Origin: Anaerolineae bacterium
GTDB taxonomy: Bacteria; Chloroflexota; Anaerolineae; Aggregatilineales; Phototrophicaceae
Direction: 5' to 3'
Length of the DNA: 64,000 nt
NCBI GenBank assembly: GCA_022843385.1
Contig: JALHNT010000013.1
Span: 62,197-126,196, forward strand
The number at the start of each line of letters is the position of its first letter. The first letter of the stretch is position 1. The position numbers and the translations under genes are program-made. Positions 1 to 10,889 of this stretch are shown one piece after another. The notes beneath the pieces were generated by a model. That model was not told where the DNA came from. It did no database searches and saw nothing but the letters and a program-made list of their open reading frames with translations.

Positions 1-507
1 TGCCAGGTCGTTCCAACGACGGGTGACACCGCAAGTGATGCAGCTGCTGCACAGCGATTTGTGCCGCAAAGCCTGCCCGGTTATGTGGTAACTGATGCGA
101 CCAGTGTTGCTGATGCGCTGACCAAAGTCGGAGCCAGCGGCGCGCTGGTCAGCGGGAATGCACCCCTGGCTGCGGCTGTCGCCAAGATTGATGACATGAT
201 CCGCTGCTATCAGGGTGTAGGGGCTGTTGCTGCCCGGGTGTACACCGAAGCCAACATCATCTCGGTAGTCAGTGGACAGGTGCCGAAGATTGGCGCGATT
301 GCTGTCGTCAATACTACCCGTCTCCAGCGCAATCTGCTGCAATGTGTGTTGAATACCGGCCCCAGCGCCCAGGCGGCGGGCGTCCAACCCTGCGGTAGTT
401 CAGGCTCATTCACGGTCAACGGCGAAAATCTGGAATATGTCTTCGCTGCTACCGATCCGCAACTGTGTACCGTTTTCCAATCTCAATTCAACAACGTTGG
501 ACGCTGA
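1..507 (+). CDS. Putative lipoprotein, 5'-truncated by the window edge
   Basis: Frame 1 is open from base 1 (CQVVPTTGDTASDAAAAQRFVPQSLPGY...). The first codon is Cys, consistent with a lipobox Cys, and the mature domain has several further Cys. Confidence 0.6.
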   Translation, partial: CQVVPTTGDTASDAAAAQRFVPQSLPGYVVTDATSVADALTKVGASGALVSGNAPLAAAVAKIDDMIRCYQGVGAVAARVYTEANIISVVSGQVPKIGAIAVVNTTRLQRNLLQCVLNTGPSAQAAGVQPCGSSGSFTVNGENLEYVFAATDPQLCTVFQSQFNNVGR

Positions 508-568
508 CCGGCTATTAGCAGCGGTTGATGGAGGGGCCAACCGAAATGGAACCCCTCCATCAGTAGCA

Positions 569-2266
569 CTATGGACAGGAGATGCTGGAAGGCACCACAC
601 TGACCGATTGCCCCGCCGGATAAGCACTGAGCGTGATATTGCTCAGCGTCACAGTCTGCCGGCTATAAATCTGCACAATCCCTGGGTCTCCCGCTGGACC
701 CGTCAGATAGGGTGATGCAGGCGCGGTGATTTCGGTGTCGGTCGTATCATAGGTAATCCCAAGCGTGTCAGTGCCACCCGGCAAATTCCGATATTCGATC
801 TGATAGAGATTTGGGCCAGCGCAATATACCGATGCGCTCATGGCCGCTGCCCATTCGCGCGGGATGCTGACCGTCTGGCTGCGGCAGGCGACTTGCCCAT
901 CAACCAGCGCCTCTACATACCAGTTAACTTGCGGATTCTGCCCCATACCGCTCAGGTCAATAACGTAATTGGTGCCCGTCGTTTCGCCGCTGGGGCCGCC
1001 TTCTATCACCAGTCGATAGCTAGTCGCACCAGGTGCGGGATCCCAGTAGAAAGTGTTGTTGCCATAGAAGGCACCATCAACCGGTGATGTCGCCCGGAAA
1101 CCGCCGCATGCTCCCGCGATGGTTGGCGTGAGAGTCAGATTGGTAGTGCCCACGTTCGGATTCGGTGTGACCAGCGGACGGGTTGGGATAACCGGGGGTG
1201 GCTCATCGGGTGTGATGATCGGGTAGTTCAGCAGACCAGATGGAATACCCTCCAGAGATTTCAGGAGTTCCAGTTCATCCTCATTCATGGGCTTGGGTGG
1301 TTTGATGTTCCCATCCTGCTCCTTACCTTCATCATCCAGCGGCACTTCGGCTTGGAAGCCTGCTGGAATGCTGACGCCATCCACCTCTGCTGCTCCAACA
1401 ACCGTCATGATCTTCATGAGGTTGCCATCGACCGTTTCCAGCACGATGGTTGAGGTGATACGAATGTTCACCCCATTAGCCGTGATGTCCACCGCTGCAC
1501 CTTCCGGCCCCTGCACCATCAACAGCGACGGTGCTTCGTTACAGGTGAGTTCGCCGACTCCGGTCTTGAAGTAAAATGCCTGCATCGGTGTCCGGCTTTC
1601 GTTGCTGTAGACCGGTAGATTGGTGATGTCACTCGCTGGTTGCACCAGATCACGAAAGATCCAGCCCGGCGTCCGGCCATCGAACACGACACGCAGCCAC
1701 TGCTGATCAGCGCTGATGGCATCGGTGGTCAGGCTGCCTCCCTCCGGAGCGCTGCCGATCACGTTAGCTTGACGGCTGGGACGGCTTCGAATATTCGAGT
1801 TGGTCAGCACATTCAGGTCTATTGGCGGATCAGCCGGCTGGAAAGCGTCGTCAGCTCCAATTGCATTTTCCAGTGTCACATCGCCCAGCAACAGAAAGAC
1901 CGCTGCTTTTCCGGGAAGCATATCGGGCAGATTGGCCTGGACGCTCATGACCGCCACGCCCCATTCTTCCAGTTGTTCATCCAGCGGCGCGGTAGTAATA
2001 CCTGCAAGGGTTGTCAGACCAACGCTGTCGCCGGGTTCATCAAAAATGTCATCAGGCTGTTCTTGGCTAAAGGTCGCGTTCACTCGCTGGAAACCATAAC
2101 AGGCACTGTTGCGCGCCAGCCCTTCACAGCGCTCCCCGACACTTTGCAACGCCTGTGTCACCAGAGCCGGGCAATCATCCTGTGTCAGCCCAACTTGCTG
2201 GACGACCAGCAGCAGACTGAAAAACACCATCGCGATACCCAGCGTCCATCGTTTACGCATTGCCAT
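569..2266 (-). CDS. Secreted SH3-domain protein with a Cys-containing N-terminal domain
   Basis: Signal peptide, then CPALVTQAL..C..LARNSACYG, an SH3b-like segment (NIRSRPS...WLRV...GWI), a Pro/Thr linker and a C-terminal beta-rich domain. Confidence 0.75.
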   Translation of the reverse strand: MAMRKRWTLGIAMVFFSLLLVVQQVGLTQDDCPALVTQALQSVGERCEGLARNSACYGFQRVNATFSQEQPDDIFDEPGDSVGLTTLAGITTAPLDEQLEEWGVAVMSVQANLPDMLPGKAAVFLLLGDVTLENAIGADDAFQPADPPIDLNVLTNSNIRSRPSRQANVIGSAPEGGSLTTDAISADQQWLRVVFDGRTPGWIFRDLVQPASDITNLPVYSNESRTPMQAFYFKTGVGELTCNEAPSLLMVQGPEGAAVDITANGVNIRITSTIVLETVDGNLMKIMTVVGAAEVDGVSIPAGFQAEVPLDDEGKEQDGNIKPPKPMNEDELELLKSLEGIPSGLLNYPIITPDEPPPVIPTRPLVTPNPNVGTTNLTLTPTIAGACGGFRATSPVDGAFYGNNTFYWDPAPGATSYRLVIEGGPSGETTGTNYVIDLSGMGQNPQVNWYVEALVDGQVACRSQTVSIPREWAAAMSASVYCAGPNLYQIEYRNLPGGTDTLGITYDTTDTEITAPASPYLTGPAGDPGIVQIYSRQTVTLSNITLSAYPAGQSVSVVPSSISCP

Positions 2267-2392
2267 TCCCCTTCGCCATGATTGAACCGCTTGCTACTAT
2301 TGTACGGCAGATTCGTCTGTCATGGCTCAATTGGGCATTTTCAGTGCCATATCCTATACTCTGCGCCAAAAATTGATGCGGGAGACATGTTC

Positions 2393-3580
2393 ATGCTCAG
2401 GATCACCGATGCCGAATATCGTCAGCGTTGCGACGCACTCCTCGACCATTTGAAGCAGCAGCAGCTCAGCGGCGTGGTTCTGTTTGACCGCGATTATGTG
2501 GTGTATTACACCGGTTTCGCTTTCATCCCAACCGAGCGCCCGATCGGCTTTGTCATGAATCAACAGGGCGAACGCGGCCTGTTTGTACCACGCATGGAAG
2601 TTGAACACGCACGCCAGTTCGCATTGATTGACCAGGTTGCCCACTACATCGAATACCCGGATGATCCTCATCCGATGCAGGTGTTGAAGCGGCTTCTGGT
2701 CGAAATGGGCATTCAGGATCACATCGCGGCAGACGACGATGGCTATCCCTGGATTCTCGGTTACCGAGGTCCGCGCCTGAGCGAACTAACCGGGGCAATC
2801 GTGCATCCGGTTCGGGCTTTCATCGAAGACCAGATGATGGTGAAATCCGAGGCCGAACTGAACCTGCTGCGGGAGAGCATCCGCTGGGGATCGTTAGCGC
2901 TGCGCCTGCTTCAGCGCTATACCGCCGTCGGCCTGACCGAAACCCAGGTCGAAAAGCGAGCCAGCGACGAAGCAACCCAGGCTATGGTCGATGCGATTGG
3001 GCCGATCTATCGCGGACAGAGCATGGTCACGGGCGGTGCCTACGGCATCTATCGTGGGCAGATCGGGCGCAATGCAGCTATCCCCCATGCTCTTGCCAGC
3101 AACATCACCTTTCAGGCGGGTGATGTGTTGGTCGGTGAATCGACGGCACCGATCTGGGGATACATCTCTGAACTGGAACGAACGATGATGCTGGGCAAGC
3201 CATCGGACGAGCAGCGACGCTTGTTTGACCACATGCTGGCGCTACAGGAGACCGCTTTTACCGCCTTCAGCACCGCTAAAACCGGTTCCGATGTAGACAA
3301 GGCTGTACGGGCCTATTACGAGAAGCATGATCTGACCGCACTCTGGCGACATCACAGCGGTCATGCCATTGGATCGCGCTATCATGAAGCCCCATTTCTG
3401 GATCGCGGTGATCACACCCCGCTCAGACCAGGCATGGTCTTCACCATCGAGCCGGGATTGTATCATCCACAGATCGGAGGCTTCCGTCATTCAGATATGC
3501 TGCTGGTGCTGCCGGACGGCGGCTATGAAATCATGACCTATTACCCCCGTGATCTGGAGAGCTTAACGCTGCCAATCTGA
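2393..3580 (+). CDS. Xaa-Pro peptidase family (M24) protein
   Basis: Creatinase-like N-domain, HHSGHAIG..YHEAP, and TIEPGLY..GGFRHSD motifs. Start placed after GGAGA. Confidence 0.88.
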   Translation: MLRITDAEYRQRCDALLDHLKQQQLSGVVLFDRDYVVYYTGFAFIPTERPIGFVMNQQGERGLFVPRMEVEHARQFALIDQVAHYIEYPDDPHPMQVLKRLLVEMGIQDHIAADDDGYPWILGYRGPRLSELTGAIVHPVRAFIEDQMMVKSEAELNLLRESIRWGSLALRLLQRYTAVGLTETQVEKRASDEATQAMVDAIGPIYRGQSMVTGGAYGIYRGQIGRNAAIPHALASNITFQAGDVLVGESTAPIWGYISELERTMMLGKPSDEQRRLFDHMLALQETAFTAFSTAKTGSDVDKAVRAYYEKHDLTALWRHHSGHAIGSRYHEAPFLDRGDHTPLRPGMVFTIEPGLYHPQIGGFRHSDMLLVLPDGGYEIMTYYPRDLESLTLPI

Positions 3581-3679
3581 TGCAGGGCCGCGAAAGCGCT
3601 CATCAACTCTAAAGCCACCCGCTGTACCAGCCCTGCTACAATGAAGGCATATTCGCTGGTTCTTAATGAGGTCTGCTGT

Positions 3680-4363
3680 ATGCCGCTGCTGGAAATCGCT
3701 GTCACATCGCTGGAAGATGCTCAGAATGCCGTCATTGGTGGGGCGCACAGCATCGAACTGTCACAGGATCTATCCGTCGGTGGGGTCACACCGCCGATGA
3801 AACTGGCGCGCATCGTCCGCGACGCGCTCCTGAAGACCAGGCTGTATGTGCTGCTGCGCTCCCACGCGCACGGCTTTGTCTATGATCGTCAGGAAGCCGA
3901 GCAGGTGTTGGCGCAGATCGAAATCCTCAAAGAAATCGGCGTGGATGGCATCGTCTTCGGTGCACTCGATGAATATGGCGATCTTGATGTTGAGCTGATG
4001 AAGACCATCGCCCAGGCCGCCGCGCCGCTGCCGGTCACGCTGCACCGCGCCCTGGATGTCTGTCGCAGCCCGGAGCCTGCCCTGACCGAGATGGTCGGCG
4101 TCGTCCAGCGGGTGCTGACGGCTGGCCCAGCGCCGACCGCCTGGGAGGGTCGCGCCGTCGTCCGGCGGTGGATCGAGCAGTACGGCGCACACTACCGCTT
4201 CGTCAGCGCCGGCAGCCTGCGCCTGGATCAGTTGATGACGCTCATCCCACTGTTACGCGCTGATGAGTATCACTTCGGCAGCGCCGCCCGCAGCGATGGC
4301 GTGGTCAGCGCTGACAAAGTGAGCTGGCTGCTGAACAACATCCAGCGCTTCGGCGAGTTATGA
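3680..4363 (+). CDS. cutC: Copper homeostasis protein CutC family
   Basis: LLEIAV..GGA.SIEL..L.VGG.TP, DGIVFGALD, TLHRALD and RVLTAG motifs. GAGGT SD lies before ATG 3680. Confidence 0.85.
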   Translation: MPLLEIAVTSLEDAQNAVIGGAHSIELSQDLSVGGVTPPMKLARIVRDALLKTRLYVLLRSHAHGFVYDRQEAEQVLAQIEILKEIGVDGIVFGALDEYGDLDVELMKTIAQAAAPLPVTLHRALDVCRSPEPALTEMVGVVQRVLTAGPAPTAWEGRAVVRRWIEQYGAHYRFVSAGSLRLDQLMTLIPLLRADEYHFGSAARSDGVVSADKVSWLLNNIQRFGEL

Positions 4364-4373
4364 CGTACCCGGC

Positions 4374-5594
4374 TTACCCCGTCACCGGCAGGCTGACGAT
4401 GCTGCCACTGAGCGCGACATAACGGGCATTCACCCAGCCGATGACGCCGTTGACATTCAACTGCGCCCAGGTGCCGGCGGCGTTGCGTCCGATGGCGTTG
4501 AACGTCTGTCCCAGCGAGATGCGCGCCACAATCGCGCCGTTGATCGGGTCGGGAATCTGGCGCACGTTCAGGTTGCCAGTGACGACGGTCGCCGTCAGCG
4601 TGATCGGCGCGGGATTGCCACCCACCACCGGCACACTTTGCAGGTTGATGGCGTTGACGAAGCGGGCATTCACCCAGCCATTCAAACCGTTGACGTTCAG
4701 CAGCAGCCAGCGATTATCCGCTAACCGCCCCACAATCGGATACATCTGTCCGCGTGAGATGCGAGCGATGACCACGCCGTTCACCGGGTCGGGTGTCTGA
4801 CGCACATTGAGGAAGAAAGCCGTCACTGTGGCAAAAGCGCTGCCTGGCACTGGCGTCGGCGGAGGTGGCGTCGGGCGCACACCGGGATTGGTGACCGGCA
4901 CCAGTTGCAGGTTGATCGCCGAGACATAACGGGCATTCACCCAGCCGACCAGTCCATTGACATTCAGTTGCAGCCAACTGGTATCGGCGTTGCGACCGAT
5001 GATCGGATAGGTCTCGCCGCTGCGGATGCGCGTCAGCACGGTGCCGCTGAACGGATCAGGCCGGTCACGCACATTCAACTGATTGGTGGTGACGGTAGCC
5101 AGCGCCGTGCTGGGAATGGGTGTCGGCAGCGGCGTCGGCGCGGTGACCAGCGCCAGGGTGTAGGTGATGAAGGCGCTTCCCACCCCTTCGTAATACTCGA
5201 CGACGAAGTTATGCGCCCCGGCAGTCAGCGGGACCAGCGTCGTGTACGGTGTGCCTGTGGCGTTCTGCCAGCCATTAATGTACAGGATGCCATTCACATA
5301 AACCCGGACGCCGTCATCTGATGTGACCGTGATCTGGTAGGTGCCAGCCGCCAGATTTTGCACGCTCGTCCAGCGCGCCGAGAAGTTATCCGCGGCGATA
5401 GCTGGCGAGGGCGAGGCCGACCCCCAGTTATGCGTTGGCGAGGCTTCGCTGATGACCAGCGCCGGCGTCACGGCCAGGCTGGTGTTGTTGAAATACTCGC
5501 CAACCCAGAAGATACCGCTCTGGGCCGCAGCCGGATAGACCGCCAGCGCCAGAATCAGCAGACCGAACAACAACAGTAACCGCAATCGGAACAT
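4374..5594 (-). CDS. Secreted PA14-domain protein with three SH3b repeats
   Basis: Signal peptide, PA14 motifs (GEYFNN, NFSARW, SDDGVRVYVNG, VEYYE) and three repeats of LNVR..PDP..G..GRNA..WLQLNVNG..GWVNARYV. Confidence 0.88.
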   Translation of the reverse strand: MFRLRLLLLFGLLILALAVYPAAAQSGIFWVGEYFNNTSLAVTPALVISEASPTHNWGSASPSPAIAADNFSARWTSVQNLAAGTYQITVTSDDGVRVYVNGILYINGWQNATGTPYTTLVPLTAGAHNFVVEYYEGVGSAFITYTLALVTAPTPLPTPIPSTALATVTTNQLNVRDRPDPFSGTVLTRIRSGETYPIIGRNADTSWLQLNVNGLVGWVNARYVSAINLQLVPVTNPGVRPTPPPPTPVPGSAFATVTAFFLNVRQTPDPVNGVVIARISRGQMYPIVGRLADNRWLLLNVNGLNGWVNARFVNAINLQSVPVVGGNPAPITLTATVVTGNLNVRQIPDPINGAIVARISLGQTFNAIGRNAAGTWAQLNVNGVIGWVNARYVALSGSIVSLPVTG

Positions 5595-5791
5595 GATGAA
5601 TCCCCCCACACACGATAGTCTCTATTCTCATGCTAGTCCGATTCACACGCCACTACTTGACGCTGGCCTGACGCCTGCACGATGCCGCCGTTAGAAAATC
5701 ATAACCCGCCCGGCTCATCCTCCCTCAGTGAACCTTAACTTCCAGCTTACGTCGACTTATGCCATAATGAACGGGATTTCTGTGTCCATCG

Positions 5792-6745
5792 ATGGATTGC
5801 CTCACCATGATTCAAGCCTGCGAACTGACCAAAGACTTCGACGGCTTTCGTGCTGTCGATGCAGTGAACCTCGATATTCCAGCAGGGGATGTGCTGGCGG
5901 TGCTGGGGCCGAACGGCGCTGGCAAGACCACCACCGTGCGCATGTTGACCTCGATCCTCGCGCCTACCTCCGGCTATGCTGTGGTGGCCGGTCATCATGT
6001 CATCCACGAGCCGGAGCAGGTGCGCGCCAAAGTCGGTGTCCTCACCGAGCAACACGGCTTGTATGAGCGCATGAAAGCTATCGAGTATCTGAATTTCTTC
6101 GGACGCCTGTATCACCTGTCGGCAGCCGAGAGCGAACGCCGCGCCTACCAGTTGATGGAGCGCTTCGACCTGACCTTCGCCCTGGGCAAGCGGCTGGGCG
6201 ATTATTCCAAAGGTATGAAGCAGAAGCTGGCACTGGTGCGCGCCATGCTGCACAATCCGCCAGTCCTGCTGCTGGATGAACCGACCTCGGCCATGGACCC
6301 TCTGAGCGCCAAACTGGTGCGCGATGCCATCGTCGAGCTCCAGCGCGAGGAAGGCCGCACCTTCCTCATCACCACCCACAACCTGACCGAAGCCCAGTCG
6401 CTCGCCAGCCAAATCGCCATCATCCGCTCCGGGCGGATCATCGCGCAGGGGACATTCGATGAGCTGGCGCGGCAGTTCGTCGGCGAGCCGGTGATGGAGA
6501 TGCGGCTGCGGCTACCGCTGAATGGGGTGACGAAAGACATCAGCGATCTGGTGACGGTGACGGATATCGGCTCTGATTGGCTGCGTTACCGCGTGGCCGA
6601 CCCGCTGACGACCAATCCGGCGCTGCTGCGACGACTCTCTGGTCTGGGGGTGGATGTGGTCACGCTCTCGCCTATCTCACGTTCGCTGGAAGACATCTAT
6701 CTTCAGGTGGTCAAGGAAGACGAAGGCAACGACGCCGCGGAATGA
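5792..6745 (+). CDS. ABC transporter ATP-binding protein (ABC-2/DrrA-like)
   Basis: Walker A GPNGAGKTT, signature YSKGMKQK, Walker B LLLDEPT, TTH. Start may be 5807. Confidence 0.92.
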   Translation: MDCLTMIQACELTKDFDGFRAVDAVNLDIPAGDVLAVLGPNGAGKTTTVRMLTSILAPTSGYAVVAGHHVIHEPEQVRAKVGVLTEQHGLYERMKAIEYLNFFGRLYHLSAAESERRAYQLMERFDLTFALGKRLGDYSKGMKQKLALVRAMLHNPPVLLLDEPTSAMDPLSAKLVRDAIVELQREEGRTFLITTHNLTEAQSLASQIAIIRSGRIIAQGTFDELARQFVGEPVMEMRLRLPLNGVTKDISDLVTVTDIGSDWLRYRVADPLTTNPALLRRLSGLGVDVVTLSPISRSLEDIYLQVVKEDEGNDAAE

Positions 6746-6748
6746 ACG

Positions 6749-7717
6749 TTATGTGGCACATCGGGGGACTGCTGGATTTCCGAGCAACCAGCACTGCACC
6801 GCTCTTAGCCCGGCCAGGTTACGGGTGAACTCAGTCTCGCGGGCGTTGCTGAGTTCGACATCTACTGCCGGGATGCCCAGGCTGTCCACCCAACTCGGTG
6901 CTGTACCAGTCACCCGATAGGCACTGAACGGCTCCCCATAGGGATAGCCAGTCGCTTTCCCCAACACCTCAGCCAATACTGCCGAAACACCGCTGCCTTC
7001 GCAGTCGCCGGCGAAGATGCCGAATGCGGCCGAATGATAGAACAGCACGGCAGCCGGGCGCTCGATTTCGATGAACTGCGACAGAGCCTGCGTCTCTGGT
7101 TCAGAGAAGGGGCGCTCCCCCGGGTCAACTTCACCCTGATTGGAGACTGCCTCCGCCGACCATTCACAGCCCCAGTTGCGGTTCAGATCAACCAAGTTGC
7201 CATTGAACCGTCCGGCTATCTCGCGTCCGCGCGCCAATCCATCCGGGTTCAGGACGGGGATCAGGATCAGGCTTATTCCAGGCAGCACATCGCCAGGGCT
7301 GCCGCTGAAGTGATCGATCAGTTCATTGACCAGCAGCACTGTATTGGCTTCAAATCCTGCATGGATGCCCCCCACCACCAACACCTGCCGCTCACCATCT
7401 CCAAAACGCCAGCCCAGAATATCCCGCCCTTCTGTCGATTGTCCCAGCCAAAATATGCCTTCTGGGAGGGGGCTGGCTTCTGGGGCGAGGGTTTCCAATG
7501 GCAGCGCAGGTAAGGTCGGCTGAGGAGCGCGGGTCGGTGGCGGAGGCGGTGTGGCGCTGGCTGGCGGCGGAGTGACCGGTCGAGGCATCTGAGTTGGGCG
7601 CACGATGAGGGCGGGACGAGGAGTCGTGGTCAAGGTTGGAATCGACGGTACTGAAGTCGGTTGGCAAGCGGCGCCGAAGATCAGTATCATCAAAGCAATC
7701 CACCTGCCTTTGTTCAT
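6749..7717 (-). CDS. M14 zinc carboxypeptidase lipoprotein (MpaA-like)
   Basis: Lipobox GAAC, Pro/Thr linker, and [28 protein letters not shown] motifs. Confidence 0.85.
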   Translation of the reverse strand: MNKGRWIALMILIFGAACQPTSVPSIPTLTTTPRPALIVRPTQMPRPVTPPPASATPPPPPTRAPQPTLPALPLETLAPEASPLPEGIFWLGQSTEGRDILGWRFGDGERQVLVVGGIHAGFEANTVLLVNELIDHFSGSPGDVLPGISLILIPVLNPDGLARGREIAGRFNGNLVDLNRNWGCEWSAEAVSNQGEVDPGERPFSEPETQALSQFIEIERPAAVLFYHSAAFGIFAGDCEGSGVSAVLAEVLGKATGYPYGEPFSAYRVTGTAPSWVDSLGIPAVDVELSNARETEFTRNLAGLRAVQCWLLGNPAVPRCAT

Positions 7718-7750
7718 GCGGTCTCTGCCTTCCTGAAAGGGGGCGTTCTG

Positions 7751-8812
7751 ATGTTCACTCGATTGTCGCATCTGATGGTTCTCATCATCCTGCTATTGCT
7801 GGCAGCCTGCCAGCCCCAGGCCGAAGAAGTGGTTGAACTGCCAACGCTGGCGGTTCTGCCGAGCCTGACACCCAGCCATACCCCAACTCCCACCTTCACA
7901 CCAACGGCCACACTGACGTTCACGCCCACACTGACGCCGACCAATACTCCCACAGCAACTGTCACGCTGACACGAACACCGACAGTGACGGCGACCTTTT
8001 CCGTAACCCCCACGTTCACCCTGACCTTCACGCCCACATTCACTGCGACGCCAACCGCTACCAACACGCCGGTCGCCACCAACACGCCCAATGCGCCGCA
8101 GATTTTGTCCTTCACGACAACCGCTACGACGGCGCTTCCCAACTCCAGCATCACCTTGGCCTGGAACAGCATTGCCGATACCGCCCGTATTGACCAGTTG
8201 AATCAACAGGGCGCGCTGATGCAGACCTTCTCGATCTCACCAGTAGGTAGTCTGGTAGTGACTGTGCCGGCCAACGCGGGTTCACTGGTGGTGTTCCGCC
8301 TGGCGGTGCAGCGCGCAGGTCAGGAAGTCACCCTCTCACTGCCCATCGCCATTCAGTGTGCCTCGGCCTTCTTCTTCGGTTCGGTTCCACAAGGGGCGGC
8401 TTGCCCCAGCGGCAACTCTACTACTGGTATCGGAGCCTTCCAGGATTATGAGCGCGGCTTCATGGTCTATATCAGCGCCAACAATCAAAGCATCATCTAT
8501 GGCGCTGTGGATAATGGTAATCGCTATGTCCAGTTTGCCAATAGCTGGGATGGCGTGACTAGCTACAGTTGTTTTGGGACGGTGCCGGGCGGACTGGTTG
8601 CCCCTCAGGGGATTTTCGCCTGGGCCTACTGCAATACAGCAGCACCCGGCGGTGGTAGCTGGGTCGATGGACTGGGATTTGCCACGGCTGATGGCAACAT
8701 CGATAATCGCACCATCCAATTTGATACCGCCGGTGGCTTCTACATCGACTCGCCGATTGGTGTATTTCGCTTTAGCGGCGGCTCTAACCTGACATGGACA
8801 AAGGTGCAGTAA
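7751..8812 (+). CDS. Lipoprotein with a long (TPT)n linker
   Basis: Lipobox LLAAC, about 75 aa of T/P-rich repeats, an Ig-like segment and a C-terminal Cys/Trp domain (FQDYERGFM). Confidence 0.75.
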   Translation: MFTRLSHLMVLIILLLLAACQPQAEEVVELPTLAVLPSLTPSHTPTPTFTPTATLTFTPTLTPTNTPTATVTLTRTPTVTATFSVTPTFTLTFTPTFTATPTATNTPVATNTPNAPQILSFTTTATTALPNSSITLAWNSIADTARIDQLNQQGALMQTFSISPVGSLVVTVPANAGSLVVFRLAVQRAGQEVTLSLPIAIQCASAFFFGSVPQGAACPSGNSTTGIGAFQDYERGFMVYISANNQSIIYGAVDNGNRYVQFANSWDGVTSYSCFGTVPGGLVAPQGIFAWAYCNTAAPGGGSWVDGLGFATADGNIDNRTIQFDTAGGFYIDSPIGVFRFSGGSNLTWTKVQ

Positions 8813-8816
8813 CTTT

Positions 8817-9788
8817 ATGACCAATCCTATTCGCTGGGGCATCCTCAGCACCGCCGGGATCGGACGCAAGCGGGTGATCCCGGCCATGAAACTCGCCAGG
8901 AACGGCGTGGTGGCCGCCGTTGCCAGCCGCAGCCTGGAGAAGGCACAGACCTTCGCGGCCGAGATGGGTATCCCCAAAGCCTATGGTAGCTACGAGGAAC
9001 TGATCGCTGACCCGGAGATTGACGCTATCTACAACCCGCTGCCGAACAGCGAACACGCTCAGTGGAGCATCCGCTGTGCCGAAGCTGGAAAGCCGGTGCT
9101 ATGTGAGAAGCCGCTTGCCAGCGATGCCAATGAAGCCCAGCGGATGGTAGAAGCCTTCACCTCGCGCGGCATCCCGTTCGCCGAGGGTTTTATGTACCGC
9201 TTTCATCCGCAGGCACAAAAAGTCAAGGCGCTGATCGACGAAGGAGCGATTGGCCGTCTGAATACGCTGAATGCCACTTTCAGCTTCAACATCGCGAATG
9301 CCGATAACATTCGGCTGCGCAAGGATTTAGCCGGCGGTGCGCTGATGGATGTCGGCTGCTACTGTGTCAACCTCATGCGCTTTATGACTGGCGAAGAACC
9401 ACAGCAGGCGAAAGCACTGGCGGTGTTCGGCGAGACGACAGGTGTCGATGAACGGCTGGTCGGGCTGCTGGCCTTCCCGTCCGGGGCGCTCGGTCACTTT
9501 GATTGTGGGCTACGGCAGCAGTGGCTGCACACCTATGAACTGCGTGGCACCGAAGGGCGGCTGCTGGTGGAAAAGGGTTTCACGCTGCAACCGCATGAAG
9601 AAGGTTTCATTCGCTGGTGGCGAGGAGATGACTATCAGGAGATTCGCCTGCCCGCTGTCAATCACTATACCTTGATGGCTGAAGATTTCGCCGATGCTCT
9701 GCTGCACCAGCGTCCGCCGCGATTCCCGGCAGAAGATGGCGTTGCTACCATGCGTGTGATTGACCGTTTGCTGGCAGATGCGCGATAA
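8817..9788 (+). CDS. Gfo/Idh/MocA oxidoreductase (xylose dehydrogenase-like)
   Basis: RWGILSTAGIG, LCEKP and GGALMDVGCY motifs. Confidence 0.92.
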   Translation: MTNPIRWGILSTAGIGRKRVIPAMKLARNGVVAAVASRSLEKAQTFAAEMGIPKAYGSYEELIADPEIDAIYNPLPNSEHAQWSIRCAEAGKPVLCEKPLASDANEAQRMVEAFTSRGIPFAEGFMYRFHPQAQKVKALIDEGAIGRLNTLNATFSFNIANADNIRLRKDLAGGALMDVGCYCVNLMRFMTGEEPQQAKALAVFGETTGVDERLVGLLAFPSGALGHFDCGLRQQWLHTYELRGTEGRLLVEKGFTLQPHEEGFIRWWRGDDYQEIRLPAVNHYTLMAEDFADALLHQRPPRFPAEDGVATMRVIDRLLADAR

Positions 9789-9820
9789 TCCAATAATAAT
9801 CGTTAAGAAGGGGTGCATCG

Positions 9821-10882
9821 ATGCGTACAGGACTGATTCTGCTGATCCTGCTGCTGCTCATCGTGCCGGTAGCGGCGCAGGAAGTTGTGGTGCCGGATGT
9901 GACTGGGCTGAGTGTGCCAGCGGCAGCAGCAGCGCTCAATCGTTTGGGGTTGAAACTTGGCGTCGAAGTGGGCGAAGGCTGGACAGCCGAATCGGGTCTG
10001 CCGGAAAACAGTGTGCGCGGGCAATCGCCGGAAGCCGGTCAGTTGACGGCCTATGGTGCGGCAGTGGATATCACCGTACTGCGTTCGCCAAACGCAGCTC
10101 TCATTTATGATGACAACGATCTGTCGCTGCTGAATCGTACCGGTGCCGAACTCGATCTGGCCGGGATCACCTTCAGCTCCAGTGATGGTACACTCAATTT
10201 TGCGGCCTCACGCTGGGCGGGCATCCTGCGCGACACCCAGTGCGTCCAGGTCTGGTCGGTGGGGCGCAACGGACCGAAAGCGCTGGATGATTGCTCCACC
10301 ATTCAGAATTGGATGGTCATCCCTAACCAGCCGGAGCAACACTTCTGGACCGGGCGCAACGGCGTAACGGCGTTCAATATATTCCAGAATGGCGTACTGC
10401 GCGCTAGCTGCCCGGTAGCCAACCCCGGACGCTGTGACTTCTACCTGACATCAGCGGTAGGCGGTGGGGACAGTACCGAGTATGTCTACTTTGCCTACAC
10501 CCCGGATCGACTGGCGGTCATCAATCGCTCGACCGATCAGTGGATGGTGCTGCGCGGCCTGACGGTATACAACAATAATCCGACCTTGCAACAGCCCGGC
10601 GCGCCGATTCCGATGGGCGACCCTGTGTTATATCCGCTGGTGCTGAATCCTGTCGCCAGCGTCGAGCAGTTAGCACCTGGACAATGTGTCCTGTTCACCA
10701 ATAGCAGCCCCACACGGGAGAGCCCGCCACAGGATTGCGAGGTGATCGCACGACTAGATGTTGATCCAACGCTGATCTTCTGGGGTGCCGACTTTGAGAC
10801 CGAAAGCCAAACGCAAAACCGCCGTTACAACTGTGCGGCAGCGACCGAAGGCCGCCTGACCATCTGTGTCATGCCGCGTTGA
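9821..10882 (+). CDS. Secreted PASTA-domain protein
   Basis: Signal peptide, VVVPDVTGLS..AAAAL...V.GQSP.AG PASTA motif, then two Cys-containing beta domains. Confidence 0.78.
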   Translation: MRTGLILLILLLLIVPVAAQEVVVPDVTGLSVPAAAAALNRLGLKLGVEVGEGWTAESGLPENSVRGQSPEAGQLTAYGAAVDITVLRSPNAALIYDDNDLSLLNRTGAELDLAGITFSSSDGTLNFAASRWAGILRDTQCVQVWSVGRNGPKALDDCSTIQNWMVIPNQPEQHFWTGRNGVTAFNIFQNGVLRASCPVANPGRCDFYLTSAVGGGDSTEYVYFAYTPDRLAVINRSTDQWMVLRGLTVYNNNPTLQQPGAPIPMGDPVLYPLVLNPVASVEQLAPGQCVLFTNSSPTRESPPQDCEVIARLDVDPTLIFWGADFETESQTQNRRYNCAAATEGRLTICVMPR

Positions 10883-10889
10883 GCTCCGC

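Noticed and set aside
4374-4395. C-terminal LPVTG as a sortase signal
   Set aside because: No TM or basic tail follows it, and the same [LV]PV ending closes each SH3 repeat.
7860-8095. Repetitive DNA that could suggest an array
   Set aside because: It encodes a Thr/Pro linker with synonymous variation and has no fixed repeat-spacer structure. No CRISPR array was seen anywhere in the window.
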